NCBI GenBank assembly: GCA_963775425.1
Contig: CAVZJB010000011.1
Span: forward strand, 1,024,001-1,088,000
Direction: 5' to 3'
Length of the DNA: 64,000 nucleotides
Origin: an uncultured delta proteobacterium
GTDB taxonomy: Bacteria; Myxococcota; UBA727; VGSZ01
The position numbers and the translations under genes were made by a program. Shown piece after piece: positions 1 through 8,791 of the stretch. The notes beneath the pieces were generated by a model. That model saw nothing but the letters and a program-made list of their open reading frames with translations, was not told where the DNA came from and did not search any database. The stretch's first letter is position 1. Every line of letters starts with the position of its first letter.

Positions 1-1290
1 CGGCATCGCCTCCGGCACCGTCCACGCCCGCCCGAGCTCGTCTACGCTCCGCGGCGGGACCGGACGCATCACGGGCTCGGCGAACGCCAACAGCGCCTCG
101 TCGAGCGGCGCCGCGAGCCCGATCTCGACCGTCTCGTCGTCGACGGCGTGGGCGTCCAACAGCCCCGGGTCGAACGCGAGGTCCTGCTCGGGCAGCCACG
201 CGCGCGCCCCGGGATCGTCGACGCGCTCCACGAAGTACCAGCGGCGCTCGCGCACGGTGTCGTCGAGGTTCGCCGACGACAGCCAGCCCGAGATCCCCGT
301 CTTCACGTCGATGGCGAGGCACGTCGGCGCCGCGGCGTCCGCGAAGCGGTCGTTGCCGCGCTCCACCACCTCCACGACGTCGTCGTCCGCGAGCAGCGCG
401 CGCGCCGGCGCGTCCTCGTCGGGTCCCACGCGCAACGTCGGTGAGACGCCGCCGCGATCGACGACGTGCACGAGCCCCACCGCCGGGATGTGCACAGCGA
501 CGTCGCTCGCCCGCGCCCACCCCGTGGCTCCGCCCGCCGCCCGCAACTGCACCAGCGTCACCGCCGGCTGCCTGCCGTGCCGCGGCAGCTCGCGCATGCC
601 CGCCACCACCGCCGTCTCTCCGGCGAGCAGGGCGCCCACCGCCGGCGCGTCGAGGTCCGCCGTGGAATGAAGCGGCACCGCGACGCCACAGCAAGGGGTG
701 CGCTCGTTGGTGTCGAACACGCGCACCGCGGTGCCGGCCGGGAGCTCCGCGTCGGAGACCACGGCCCCCGGCCCCTCGGTGAACACCGAGTAGGGCGCGG
801 GCCTGCCGTGCGCGCCGCCGTGCGCCACGCGCAACAGCGCGCCGCGCGCGAGGTCGGCGCCGTTCTTGATCACCGACAGCGGCGTCGGGTCCGCCGTCCC
901 CGTCGACGGGCGCAGGGCGCGTCGCCATGACCAGACCACCTCGGGCGCGCCGAGGTGCGTGTTGTCCGAGAAGCGCGCGTCCTTCTCCAGGTGCAGGCGC
1001 AGCCGGTCGCCGACCACCTCCCACGACGTCGCCAGCGAGGGGCGCGGCTCCCCGCCGGCAGGCTCCACGAGGGCCGCGAAGAGCTGTCGCGCGAGCGCGC
1101 GCTCCACCGGCGTCGTCGCGCGCGCGGGGTCGAGCTCGGCAACGTCGTCGACGATGTGCAGCCGCAGGCGATCCGTCCGCGCGCCCGCGCGCCCGAAGCG
1201 CTCGCCGGGCGCCAGGCCGCAGGCGACGACGGCGAGCGCGGCCAGGACGACACCGCAACGGGCGGGCCGGACGAGGGCAATGCGGCGCAT
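1..1290 (-). CDS. ABC transporter family-5 (OppA-like) substrate-binding lipoprotein with a large SH3-like insertion; runs off the left window edge
   Basis: Translated by hand (not in the ORF track): MRRIALVR...LAVVAC lipobox, ELDPA, LATSWEV..LHLEKDARFSDNT..APEVVWSWRRAL..IKNG, then after a ~225 aa insert HAVDDETVEI..RPVPP..GRAWTVP, all OppA-like. Confidence 0.8.
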   Translation of the reverse strand, partial: MRRIALVRPARCGVVLAALAVVACGLAPGERFGRAGARTDRLRLHIVDDVAELDPARATTPVERALARQLFAALVEPAGGEPRPSLATSWEVVGDRLRLHLEKDARFSDNTHLGAPEVVWSWRRALRPSTGTADPTPLSVIKNGADLARGALLRVAHGGAHGRPAPYSVFTEGPGAVVSDAELPAGTAVRVFDTNERTPCCGVAVPLHSTADLDAPAVGALLAGETAVVAGMRELPRHGRQPAVTLVQLRAAGGATGWARASDVAVHIPAVGLVHVVDRGGVSPTLRVGPDEDAPARALLADDDVVEVVERGNDRFADAAAPTCLAIDVKTGISGWLSSANLDDTVRERRWYFVERVDDPGARAWLPEQDLAFDPGLLDAHAVDDETVEIGLAAPLDEALLAFAEPVMRPVPPRSVDELGRAWTVPEAMP

Positions 1291-1425
1291 CTCCCCGGAG
1301 CATGCGTCGTCGACACGCCCCCGCACAACTCGACGGCCCGCACGGGGTAGAGTCGACGCCGACCGGAGGGAGCGGCGACGCTCACCGCCTTCGCAGGCGG
1401 CGCGTCGGGCCGCAGGTGATCGGTG

Positions 1426-4400
1426 ATGAGGATTGCGACGTCGGCCATCCAGGAGCGCGATCGCGTCCTCGCGGACGCGCGGGCGCGCGTGCCTCGCCGC
1501 GGCGCGGGAAACGACGCCCGCATCGGAGACCTCCTCGACGTCGTGCACCGCGCCTTTGTCGCCACGCTCTCCGGCGCGGGTGTGCACCCGGGCACCGTCG
1601 ACGGGCTGCGCGGCAGCTTCGGGGCGGGCGCGCTCGTCGCCGGCGCGCAGGCGGTGGCCGACGCGCTGCGCGGCCTGGCCGAGAGCCTCGACGAGAGCCC
1701 GCCGGCGCTGCAGGCGGAGCGCGCGGCCATCAGCGACGCCCTCGACACGCTGCTCGGCCTGTTCGATCCCGACGGCGGCGATCTCCTCGACATCGACGTC
1801 GTCGAGGCGCGGCCGACGCTGGTGCAGGCGCTCTCGGAGCTCGCCAAGGGTCCGCCGTCGTCGCTCGAGGCCGCCGCCGTGCGCCCGCGTGCGCTCCTGC
1901 GCGTGCGCGCCGGGACCGCGGCCGCGGCGCGCGCGCTCGAGAGCGCGAGCATCGCGACGCTCGCCTCCACCGGCTTGCTCGCCCAGCCGAGCGCCCCCGA
2001 CGAGGCGCTCTTCGGCGCCGCCGGCGACGCCGCGGACGCCGTCGACCGCCTCGTGCGCGCCGCGGGCGTGCTGGCGGCGGGGGCGGGCGCGCACGCCGCG
2101 GAGCTCTGCTTCGCCGTCGTCGTCGTCGGCGACGAGCCCCCCGGGCCCGACGGCATCAGCGCCGTCGACGCCGTGGTGCGCGCGGGCGGGCTCCTCAGCG
2201 AGCCGGGGCTCCTCGCCCTCGACGCCGCCGCGTGGAGCGCCGCCGGCGCCGGCCTCGCGGCGGTGCCGGGCAAGCCGGGCATCGTCGAGCCCACGGCGGC
2301 GTTCGGGTACGACCGCTGGGAGCTGTCGACGCTGCTCGTGCGGCCGCGGCTCGTCGGCCGCGACGACGAGATTGGCCGCCTGACGCGGCTGTTGACGGAG
2401 CCGTCGGCCAACGACGCGCCGATGCTCGTGTCCATCCATGGGCCCGCGGGCATCGGCAAGACCTCGCTCGTGCGCGCCGCCCTGGCGGCGGCGGGGTTCG
2501 ACGACGACAGCGCGGCGGTCCTGTGGGGCGCGGCCGACGCGCTGTCGCCGACGCCGTACGCGGCGGTAGCGGCGATGCTGCGCGCGCTCGCCGGGGCGCC
2601 GGCGGGACTCAGCCGCGCCGCCGAGCGCGTGCGCCGCCTGCTCGAGGGGTTGGCCGCTCACCTGCCTGCGCGCGACGCGGCCGAGCTGGGCTCGCTGGTG
2701 CCCGTCGTCGTCACGCTGCTCGGCGCCGGCGACGACGACGCCACGGACCTCGACGACCGCGCGCCGCGCGCGCTCCGCACGGCGCTGCGCCGCGCGTTGC
2801 TCCTCGTCGCCGAGGGCCTGCTCGCCCGCGCGGACGACGAGCGCCCCGCCGTGTTCGTGGTGCCGGGCGCAGAGGCCGTCGACGGGCCCACGCGCGACGC
2901 GCTGGCGTTCACCGCGGCGCGCCTCGGGGGGCGCGCGCGGGTGGTGCTGTTGTCGTCGACGAAGGCGAAGCAGCCTCCGGGCTTCGAGAGCGGCTTTCGC
3001 GCGGAGCGCATGGAGCTCGGCGGGCTCTCGGCGGCGGTGGGGCGCGAGCTGTGCGGCCTGTTGCTCGATCGCCCCGGGCACGACGACGAGCTCGGCGCGC
3101 TCGTGGAGCGGGCGCGCGGCTCGCCGCTCGCGTTGATGCACGCGGTGCGCTTCGCCGTCGAGGGCGGCCTGTTGCGGCGCCGGGACAACCGCTGGGACGC
3201 CGGCGGCGTCGACGCGCGGGACATCCCGGCGCGCCTCGATCGCCTGCTGCGCGGGCGCGTCGAGCGGCTGCCGGTGCACGCCCGCCGGCTGCTGGCCGGG
3301 TGCGCGACCTTGGGGCTGACGCTGCTGCCGGCGGCGGTGGAGCTCGTCGGCGTGCGGCTCGGGCAGTCGCGGGACGAGGTGGCGCGCTCGCTGGCGTTCC
3401 TCGTCGACACGGGCTTCCTCGTGCGGACCTCGGTGCGGCCGGCGGCGCCGGTGTTCAAGGACGCCGTCGACGACGATCGGCCGCTGGCGTTCGAGCACCC
3501 GCTGTTGCGCGCGGCGGCCATCGCCGCCGTCGACGACGACGAGAAGCGCCGGCTGCACGCGTACGCCGCCGCCGCGCTCGAGGCGGTGGCGCCGTCGGGC
3601 GCGCAGGCGCTCGCGCCGGCGCTCGCGCGCCACCACCGGCTCGCGGGGAACGCCGACGACGCACGGGAGCGCCTGGCGGCGGCGGCGCGGCGCAGCGCGC
3701 GGCTCGACGACCGCCGCGGGGCGGCCGCGCTCGCGCGGGAGGGGCTCGCGCTGTGCGGCGACGATCCCGCGGCGTCGTTTCCGTTCTACCTGGAGCTGTG
3801 CGCCATCAAGGAGGACGGCTCGCGCGCGCAGCGGGACGCCCTGCGCGCGCTGGTCCGCTGCGCCGAGCGCTCCGGGGATCCGCGCCTGCGCGGCGAGGCG
3901 CTGATGCGCGTCGCCCGCTTCGACCTCGCCTCGGGCGACCTCGCGCTCGCCGAGAGCGCCGCCGCCGGCGCCGTCGCCGACCTCGCCCCCGACGTCGCTC
4001 CCGCCCTCGCCCCCGACCTCGCTGTCGCCCGCGCCCCCGCGGCGCCGCGCTCCTTGGAGGCCGGCACGCCGGACGCCCCCAGCGCGCCGCCGCGTGCGCC
4101 GCCGCCGCGCCCCCTCGAGGCCGGCGCGCCCGGGCGCAGAAAGCTCGCCCAGGCGCTGCGGCTCCTCGCGCTCGTGCGCTTCCACCGGCGCGACCTCGAG
4201 GGCGCCGCCGCGGCGCTCGCGGCGGCGCGGGCGTACACCCCGGCGAGCGACCGAAGGGGCCTCGCCGTCCTCGAGCACAACGAGGGGCTCGTGCTCCTCG
4301 AGCGCGGCGACGCGGTCGGCGCCGTCGAGCACCTCCTGGTCGCCCGCGCGCACCGCGTGGCCACCGCCGACGTCGCCGGCGAGGCCGCGTGCCTCGACGG

Positions 4401-5208
4401 CATCGCCGGCGCCTACGTCCGCCGCGGCCGCGCCGCCACCGCGCTGGCCCTCCTCGAAAACGCCGTGCGTCTGCGCGAGCGGATCGGAGACGGCGCCGGC
4501 CGCGCCTACTCGAAGCGCACCCAGGCCGACGTCCTGCTCACCGTCGGCGACGCGTCCGCCGCGTCCGCCGCCGCCGACGAAGCGCGCGCCCTCGCCAGGG
4601 AGCACGGCATCGATCGCCTCGAGGTCGGCGCCGCCCTCGCCGGCGTCCGCGCCCGCCTCGCCGCCGGCGAGGTCCAGGGCGCCGAAGCGCTCCTCGAGTC
4701 CGTCCGCCGTCGCGCGCGCGATCCGGCGGCGAGCGCCGAGGTCTGTCTGCTCGCGGCGCGCGTGCGCTTGTTGCGCGCCGCGTCGGCCACCGGCGCGGCG
4801 CGGGATCGGCTGTTGAAGACGGCGCTGTCGCGGGCGCAGGAGGCGGTCGCCCTCGGCGAGGAGCACGGCCTCGCCGCCGTCCAGGCCTGCGGCATGGCCG
4901 CCGCGGGCGAGGCCTTGCTCGAAAGCGGCGACAAGAACGGCGCGCTGACCTTTACGCAGCGCGCCGCGGAGCTCCTGGACGACGCCGGGGGCGCCCTCCC
5001 GCCCATCGAGGACGTCCTCGGCGCCTACGCCCGCGCCCTCGACGCCCTCGGCGACGAAGAGGAGGCCGCCGACGTCCGCTCCCGCGCCGCCGCGGCCCTC
5101 GACGAGCGCTGCGCCCGGCTCCCGCCCGCGGCGCGGGCCCGCTTCTGGGCGGCGCCGTCACGCGCTGCGTTGCGGGGTGAACGAGCGGACCCTGCGGGCG
5201 TGCGTTAG
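1426..5208 (+). CDS. Large STAND-type AAA ATPase with C-terminal TPR/helical repeats
   Basis: LVGRDDEI, Walker A GPAGIGKT, GSPL motif, IPARLDRLL..RVERL, FEHPLLR winged-helix motif, then TPR-like helices. The N-terminal region looks like a degenerate class III cyclase. Confidence 0.8.
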   Translation: MRIATSAIQERDRVLADARARVPRRGAGNDARIGDLLDVVHRAFVATLSGAGVHPGTVDGLRGSFGAGALVAGAQAVADALRGLAESLDESPPALQAERAAISDALDTLLGLFDPDGGDLLDIDVVEARPTLVQALSELAKGPPSSLEAAAVRPRALLRVRAGTAAAARALESASIATLASTGLLAQPSAPDEALFGAAGDAADAVDRLVRAAGVLAAGAGAHAAELCFAVVVVGDEPPGPDGISAVDAVVRAGGLLSEPGLLALDAAAWSAAGAGLAAVPGKPGIVEPTAAFGYDRWELSTLLVRPRLVGRDDEIGRLTRLLTEPSANDAPMLVSIHGPAGIGKTSLVRAALAAAGFDDDSAAVLWGAADALSPTPYAAVAAMLRALAGAPAGLSRAAERVRRLLEGLAAHLPARDAAELGSLVPVVVTLLGAGDDDATDLDDRAPRALRTALRRALLLVAEGLLARADDERPAVFVVPGAEAVDGPTRDALAFTAARLGGRARVVLLSSTKAKQPPGFESGFRAERMELGGLSAAVGRELCGLLLDRPGHDDELGALVERARGSPLALMHAVRFAVEGGLLRRRDNRWDAGGVDARDIPARLDRLLRGRVERLPVHARRLLAGCATLGLTLLPAAVELVGVRLGQSRDEVARSLAFLVDTGFLVRTSVRPAAPVFKDAVDDDRPLAFEHPLLRAAAIAAVDDDEKRRLHAYAAAALEAVAPSGAQALAPALARHHRLAGNADDARERLAAAARRSARLDDRRGAAALAREGLALCGDDPAASFPFYLELCAIKEDGSRAQRDALRALVRCAERSGDPRLRGEALMRVARFDLASGDLALAESAAAGAVADLAPDVAPALAPDLAVARAPAAPRSLEAGTPDAPSAPPRAPPPRPLEAGAPGRRKLAQALRLLALVRFHRRDLEGAAAALAAARAYTPASDRRGLAVLEHNEGLVLLERGDAVGAVEHLLVARAHRVATADVAGEAACLDGIAGAYVRRGRAATALALLENAVRLRERIGDGAGRAYSKRTQADVLLTVGDASAASAAADEARALAREHGIDRLEVGAALAGVRARLAAGEVQGAEALLESVRRRARDPAASAEVCLLAARVRLLRAASATGAARDRLLKTALSRAQEAVALGEEHGLAAVQACGMAAAGEALLESGDKNGALTFTQRAAELLDDAGGALPPIEDVLGAYARALDALGDEEEAADVRSRAAAALDERCARLPPAARARFWAAPSRAALRGERADPAGVR

Positions 5209-5313
5209 TCTCGGATGTGACGGACGCAACTTCGTGCGGATCCCGTCGACAATGTGGGTGTCGCTCCTACGTGACCCCACCATGAGAGGCCCCAGGGTGG
5301 GGCCGGAGGCAGC

Positions 5314-6330
5314 ATGCGCTTGTTTTCGATCTTCGCTCTTTTGACCCTCGGGTCGACCGCCGCCCTGGCGCAGACCACGCCGCCGGCCGAATGGACGTGC
5401 ACGGCGAGCTTCTTCGGCAGCGACGACGGCTGCGACTGCGGGTGCGGAGCGCAGGATCCGGACTGCGCGGACAACACGGTCGCGTCCTGCGAGTTCAACC
5501 AGTGTCCGAACGACACCGAGGGCCCGACGACCGCCGACGCGACGCAGTGCGCCGCCGGCACCTGCGGCGACGGCATCAAGGACAAGGGCGAGACCTGCGA
5601 TGACGGCGACGCCGCCGCGGGCGGCGGCTGCTCCGCCGACTGCCAGACCGTCGAGGACGGCTCCACCTGCACCGTCGGCGCCGGCTGCCACACGAGCAAC
5701 ACCTGTGGTGACGGCTTCAAGGACCCCGACGAGGAGTGCGACGACGGCAACGCCACCGCGAACGACGGCTGCTCCGACACCTGCGCCGTCGAGGACGGCT
5801 TCGTCTGCGGCCACCACGCGCTCGGCGGCCCCTGCCATGCCGTGGTCTGCGGCGACGGCAACAAGGAAGGCGCCGAGGAGTGCGACGACGGCAACACCGC
5901 CGACGGCGACGGCTGCTCCTCCACCTGCACCCGCGAGGTGCCCGCGGGCTGGACCTGCGACGCCAGCTTCTTTGGCGCCGACGACGGCTGCGACTGCGGC
6001 TGCGGCGCCGTCGACACCGACTGCGCCAGCCCCGCGCTTGCCGACTGCGAGTTCGGCAGCGCTTGCGGCACCATCGACCAGGTCGATCCCAACGACACCA
6101 CCCAGTGCCTCGCCGGCGGCGAGGGTGAGGGCGAGGGCGAAGGCGAAGGCGAAGGCGAAGGCGAGGGCGAAGGCGACACCGGCGGCGAAGGCGAAGGCGA
6201 AGGCGACACCGGCGGCGGCGGCTGCTCCGGCATCGGCAGCGGCCACGCCGACGGCGCGCTCCCGTGGGCCGCGCTCGGCCTCGGCCTGCTCGGCGCCGCC
6301 ACGACCGTGCGCCGCCGTCGACGGCGCTGA
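5314..6330 (+). CDS. Secreted cysteine-rich protein with DUF4215 (Myxococcus Cys-rich) repeats, GE linker and MYXO-CTERM-like anchor
   Basis: Signal peptide, GGAGG RBS, three CGDG..E.CDDG....DGCS..C repeats, two WTC.ASFFG.DDGCDCGCGA repeats, C-terminal GGGCS-TM-RRRRRR. Confidence 0.85.
   Translation: MRLFSIFALLTLGSTAALAQTTPPAEWTCTASFFGSDDGCDCGCGAQDPDCADNTVASCEFNQCPNDTEGPTTADATQCAAGTCGDGIKDKGETCDDGDAAAGGGCSADCQTVEDGSTCTVGAGCHTSNTCGDGFKDPDEECDDGNATANDGCSDTCAVEDGFVCGHHALGGPCHAVVCGDGNKEGAEECDDGNTADGDGCSSTCTREVPAGWTCDASFFGADDGCDCGCGAVDTDCASPALADCEFGSACGTIDQVDPNDTTQCLAGGEGEGEGEGEGEGEGEGEGDTGGEGEGEGDTGGGGCSGIGSGHADGALPWAALGLGLLGAATTVRRRRRR
6118..6207 (+). repeat. (GGCGAR)n hexamer repeat encoding a Gly-Glu linker
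   Basis: Visible tandem GGCGAA/GGCGAG units translating to GEGEGEGE. Confidence 0.9.
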
Positions 6331-6355
6331 GCCGAAGGGCTAATGCGGCGCGTGC

Positions 6356-7312
6356 ATGCCTCGCACGCGCCGCATCGCCCTGGTGGGACATCCGCACGTC
6401 GTCGTGGCGCGCGGAAACAACGGCGAGCCCGTGTTCCACGACGACAGTGATTACGAGGCGTACCTGGGGCTGCTCCGCGACATGGTTCGGGAGCAGCTCT
6501 TCGTGCTTTATGCCTGGTGCTTGATGAAGAGCGAGGTGCGGCTCGTCATCTCGCCGCACCGCCTCCCGCTCGCCCAGGTGGTGCAGCGTCTGCACACCGC
6601 GCACGCGCGCCGCATCAACCAGCGCACCCGCCGCTCCGGCCACCTCTTCGAGGGGCGCTTTCGCTCCATGCTCATCCCGCGCGCGCGCATCGCCGACGCC
6701 GTCCGCTGGGTGCACCTGTGGCCCGTGCGCGTGGAGCGCGTGCGGCGCGCCGAGACCTATCCGTGGTCGAGCCACCGCAGCTACGTCGCGCGCGGCGACG
6801 AGTGGGGCGACCTCGTCGACGCCTGGGCCGTCCTCGAGACCTGGGGCGCGACGCTGCCTGCCGCCCAGCGCGGCTTCGGGCGCTTCGTCGAGCAGGCGGC
6901 GCTCGACGACGACGAGCTCGGCATCCGCGAGGTGATGGCCGGCGTCGGCGGCGACCGGCAGTTCGCCGAGGACGTGCTCGCCGAGGCCGGCGTCGTGTGG
7001 CGCGGGCGGCGGCGCCCGGCGCTGCAGACGCTCGCGCGGCGCGTCTCGCTCCTCATGAACGTCCACGTCGACGACCTCGTCAGCCCCGCACGCCAGCAGG
7101 AGCTCGTCATGGCCCGCCGGCTCCTGGCGACGAGCGCCGTGCGCGAGGCGGGCAGGTCCGTCACCGAGGTCGCGGACTTCCTCAAGCGCGACAAGGGGCA
7201 GGTCTCGCGCCTGGTGGCGCAGGGCATGTCGCAGATGCGCAGCGACCCCGCGTTCCGCGCGCTCCTCGGCGCCATGAAGCAGCGCGGGAACGTCGCCGCC
7301 ACCGTCGAGTGA
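6356..7312 (+). CDS. RAYT/Y1 (IS200-like) transposase-fold protein fused to a DnaA domain IV-like HTH; catalytic residues substituted
   Basis: MPR..R, ARGNN..VF, YAWCLM, GHLFEGRF and YPWSSHRSY match RAYT family motifs. NHxH is replaced by SEVR and YIHxNP by WVHLWP. The C-terminus (DDLVSPARQQELVMARRL..SVTEVADFLKRDKGQVS) is Bac_DnaA_C-like. Confidence 0.8.
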   Translation: MPRTRRIALVGHPHVVVARGNNGEPVFHDDSDYEAYLGLLRDMVREQLFVLYAWCLMKSEVRLVISPHRLPLAQVVQRLHTAHARRINQRTRRSGHLFEGRFRSMLIPRARIADAVRWVHLWPVRVERVRRAETYPWSSHRSYVARGDEWGDLVDAWAVLETWGATLPAAQRGFGRFVEQAALDDDELGIREVMAGVGGDRQFAEDVLAEAGVVWRGRRRPALQTLARRVSLLMNVHVDDLVSPARQQELVMARRLLATSAVREAGRSVTEVADFLKRDKGQVSRLVAQGMSQMRSDPAFRALLGAMKQRGNVAATVE

Positions 7313-7363
7313 CGCCGACCTCGCGGTCGCTCCGCCGCGGCGGCGGCGGCAAACGCCTGAGAA

Positions 7364-7379
7364 TGTCGCGCGCGCGACA
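7364..7379. repeat. Perfect 16-bp palindrome TGTCGCGCGCGCGACA inside an imperfect ~95-bp inverted repeat (7317-7411)
   Basis: Read directly from the sequence; outer arms GACCTCGCG / CGCGAGGTC. Confidence 0.6.
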
Positions 7380-7431
7380 AAGCCGCCGTCGCGCGGTGTG
7401 CGCGCGAGGTCCCGCGTCCTATCGAGGACGC

Positions 7432-8676
7432 ATGCCTCCCCGCACTTCCTCCGCGCGCGCCGCCCTCGACCTCGTCATCGGCGTCTCGCTGGCGCTGGCG
7501 GCGGCGGCGTGTGCGCCCGCCGACCCGAGCGACGATCCCGCCGACTGGGACGTGGACACGTCCGTCGCCTGGGAGCCCGCCGTCAGCGCCGCGCACTTCG
7601 TGGTGCCCTCGGACGCGCTGCCCGTCGTCACCAACGCGTCCAACAACAACGTCGCCATCGCGTTCTTCGAAGGGCGCCTGTTCCTCGCGTGGCGCACCGC
7701 GCCCACGCACTGGGCGTCCGACGCCACCGAGATGCACATCGTCTCGTCGGGCGACGGCGGCGTCACCTGGCAGGACGAGGCGTCCTTCTCGCTCGGCACC
7801 GACATGCGCGAGCCGCAGCTCTTCGTCGTCGACGGCGTGCTGCACTTCACGTGCTTTCAGGCGGGCACCAACACGTTCGCGTTCGAGCCGAAGCAGAAGT
7901 GGAAGAGCCGCCGCACGAGCGACGGCGCGTGGGCGGAGCTCGAGAAGTGGGGCGACGACCCCACCGAGGTGCCCTGGGAGATCAAGGTGCGCGGGGGCCG
8001 CGCGTTCATGACCTCGTACTCGGGCAACCACTACGGCTCCGGTCCGTCCGACGTGCGCGTCCACCTGAAGGTCTCGGACGACGGCGAGCGCTGGAGCGAC
8101 GTCGGCGCCGCCGACGTCTACGCCGGGGGCTGCTCGGAGGCAGGCTTCGAGATTGACGCCGACGGCTCCGCGTGGACCGTGCTGCGCAACGAGGACGGCG
8201 ACGACACCGGCTTCGGCTCGCTCGTGTGCCACGCGCCCGCGTCCGACCTGTCGGCGTGGGACTGCCCCGCCGCCGCCGACCCCGAGCGCTACGACTCGCC
8301 GCGGATGCTCCGGCACGGCGACGACATCTACCTCGTCGCCCGCCGCGACATCGACGGCCCCTTCGACGAGGGGCGGACGGACCTCGATCTGCAGCAGCAG
8401 CGCGACGTCTACGCCGCCGACTACTGGACGCGGCCCAAGCGCACGTCGCTGTATCGCATCGACAAGGCGCAGCGGAGGGTCGTCCGCGTCATGGACCTGC
8501 CGTCCGCGGGCGACACCGCCTTCGCCTCCATCCGCCGCACGGGACCGGACTCGTTCCTCGTCGCCAACTACACCTCGCCCGTCGACGACCCCAATCGCAC
8601 GTGGCTCGAAGGCCAGGGCGCGCCCGACGGTACGAGCATCTATCTCATCCAGCTCGTCTTCACGCCCTCCGGCTGA
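7432..8676 (+). CDS. Lipoprotein with BNR/Asp-box repeats (sialidase-like beta-propeller)
   Basis: LAAAAC lipobox; Asp-box-like SSGDGGVTW and SDDGERW; GAGGA RBS. Confidence 0.65.
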   Translation: MPPRTSSARAALDLVIGVSLALAAAACAPADPSDDPADWDVDTSVAWEPAVSAAHFVVPSDALPVVTNASNNNVAIAFFEGRLFLAWRTAPTHWASDATEMHIVSSGDGGVTWQDEASFSLGTDMREPQLFVVDGVLHFTCFQAGTNTFAFEPKQKWKSRRTSDGAWAELEKWGDDPTEVPWEIKVRGGRAFMTSYSGNHYGSGPSDVRVHLKVSDDGERWSDVGAADVYAGGCSEAGFEIDADGSAWTVLRNEDGDDTGFGSLVCHAPASDLSAWDCPAAADPERYDSPRMLRHGDDIYLVARRDIDGPFDEGRTDLDLQQQRDVYAADYWTRPKRTSLYRIDKAQRRVVRVMDLPSAGDTAFASIRRTGPDSFLVANYTSPVDDPNRTWLEGQGAPDGTSIYLIQLVFTPSG

Positions 8677-8791
8677 CACGGGCGAGTGGGAGGGTGTGCC
8701 CCGACGTGCGCCGGACGCGCGCGGCCGTCGTGGAGTAGCCTCGGTGGTTCCCCGCAGGGCGGGCTCGTGCCCGCTTCGAGGAGGCGCCAGG

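Noticed and set aside
927-5180. 1417-aa Arg-rich ORF and many similar long alternative-frame or antisense ORFs (e.g. 24598-29694, 51785-54085, 53626-56205)
   Set aside because: Shadow ORFs expected at very high GC; they overlap genes with clear family motifs and have Arg/Ala/Pro-biased composition.
1426-5208. STAND ATPase as an Avs-type antiphage system
   Set aside because: No recognisable nuclease, SIR2, TIR or protease effector and no defence-island context.
5243-5270. CCGTCGACAAT...CGCTCCTA words shared with the intergenic region near 49467-49508
   Set aside because: Only two occurrences, with different spacing and opposite orientation relative to the downstream genes; chance cannot be excluded.
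6118-6207. Tandem repeats as a CRISPR or non-coding array
   Set aside because: Short in-frame coding repeats without spacers; no cas genes in the window.
6356-7312. Active IS200/IS605 or RAYT-REP mobile element
   Set aside because: Catalytic residues are absent, and there is no tnpB and no multi-copy REP sequences nearby.
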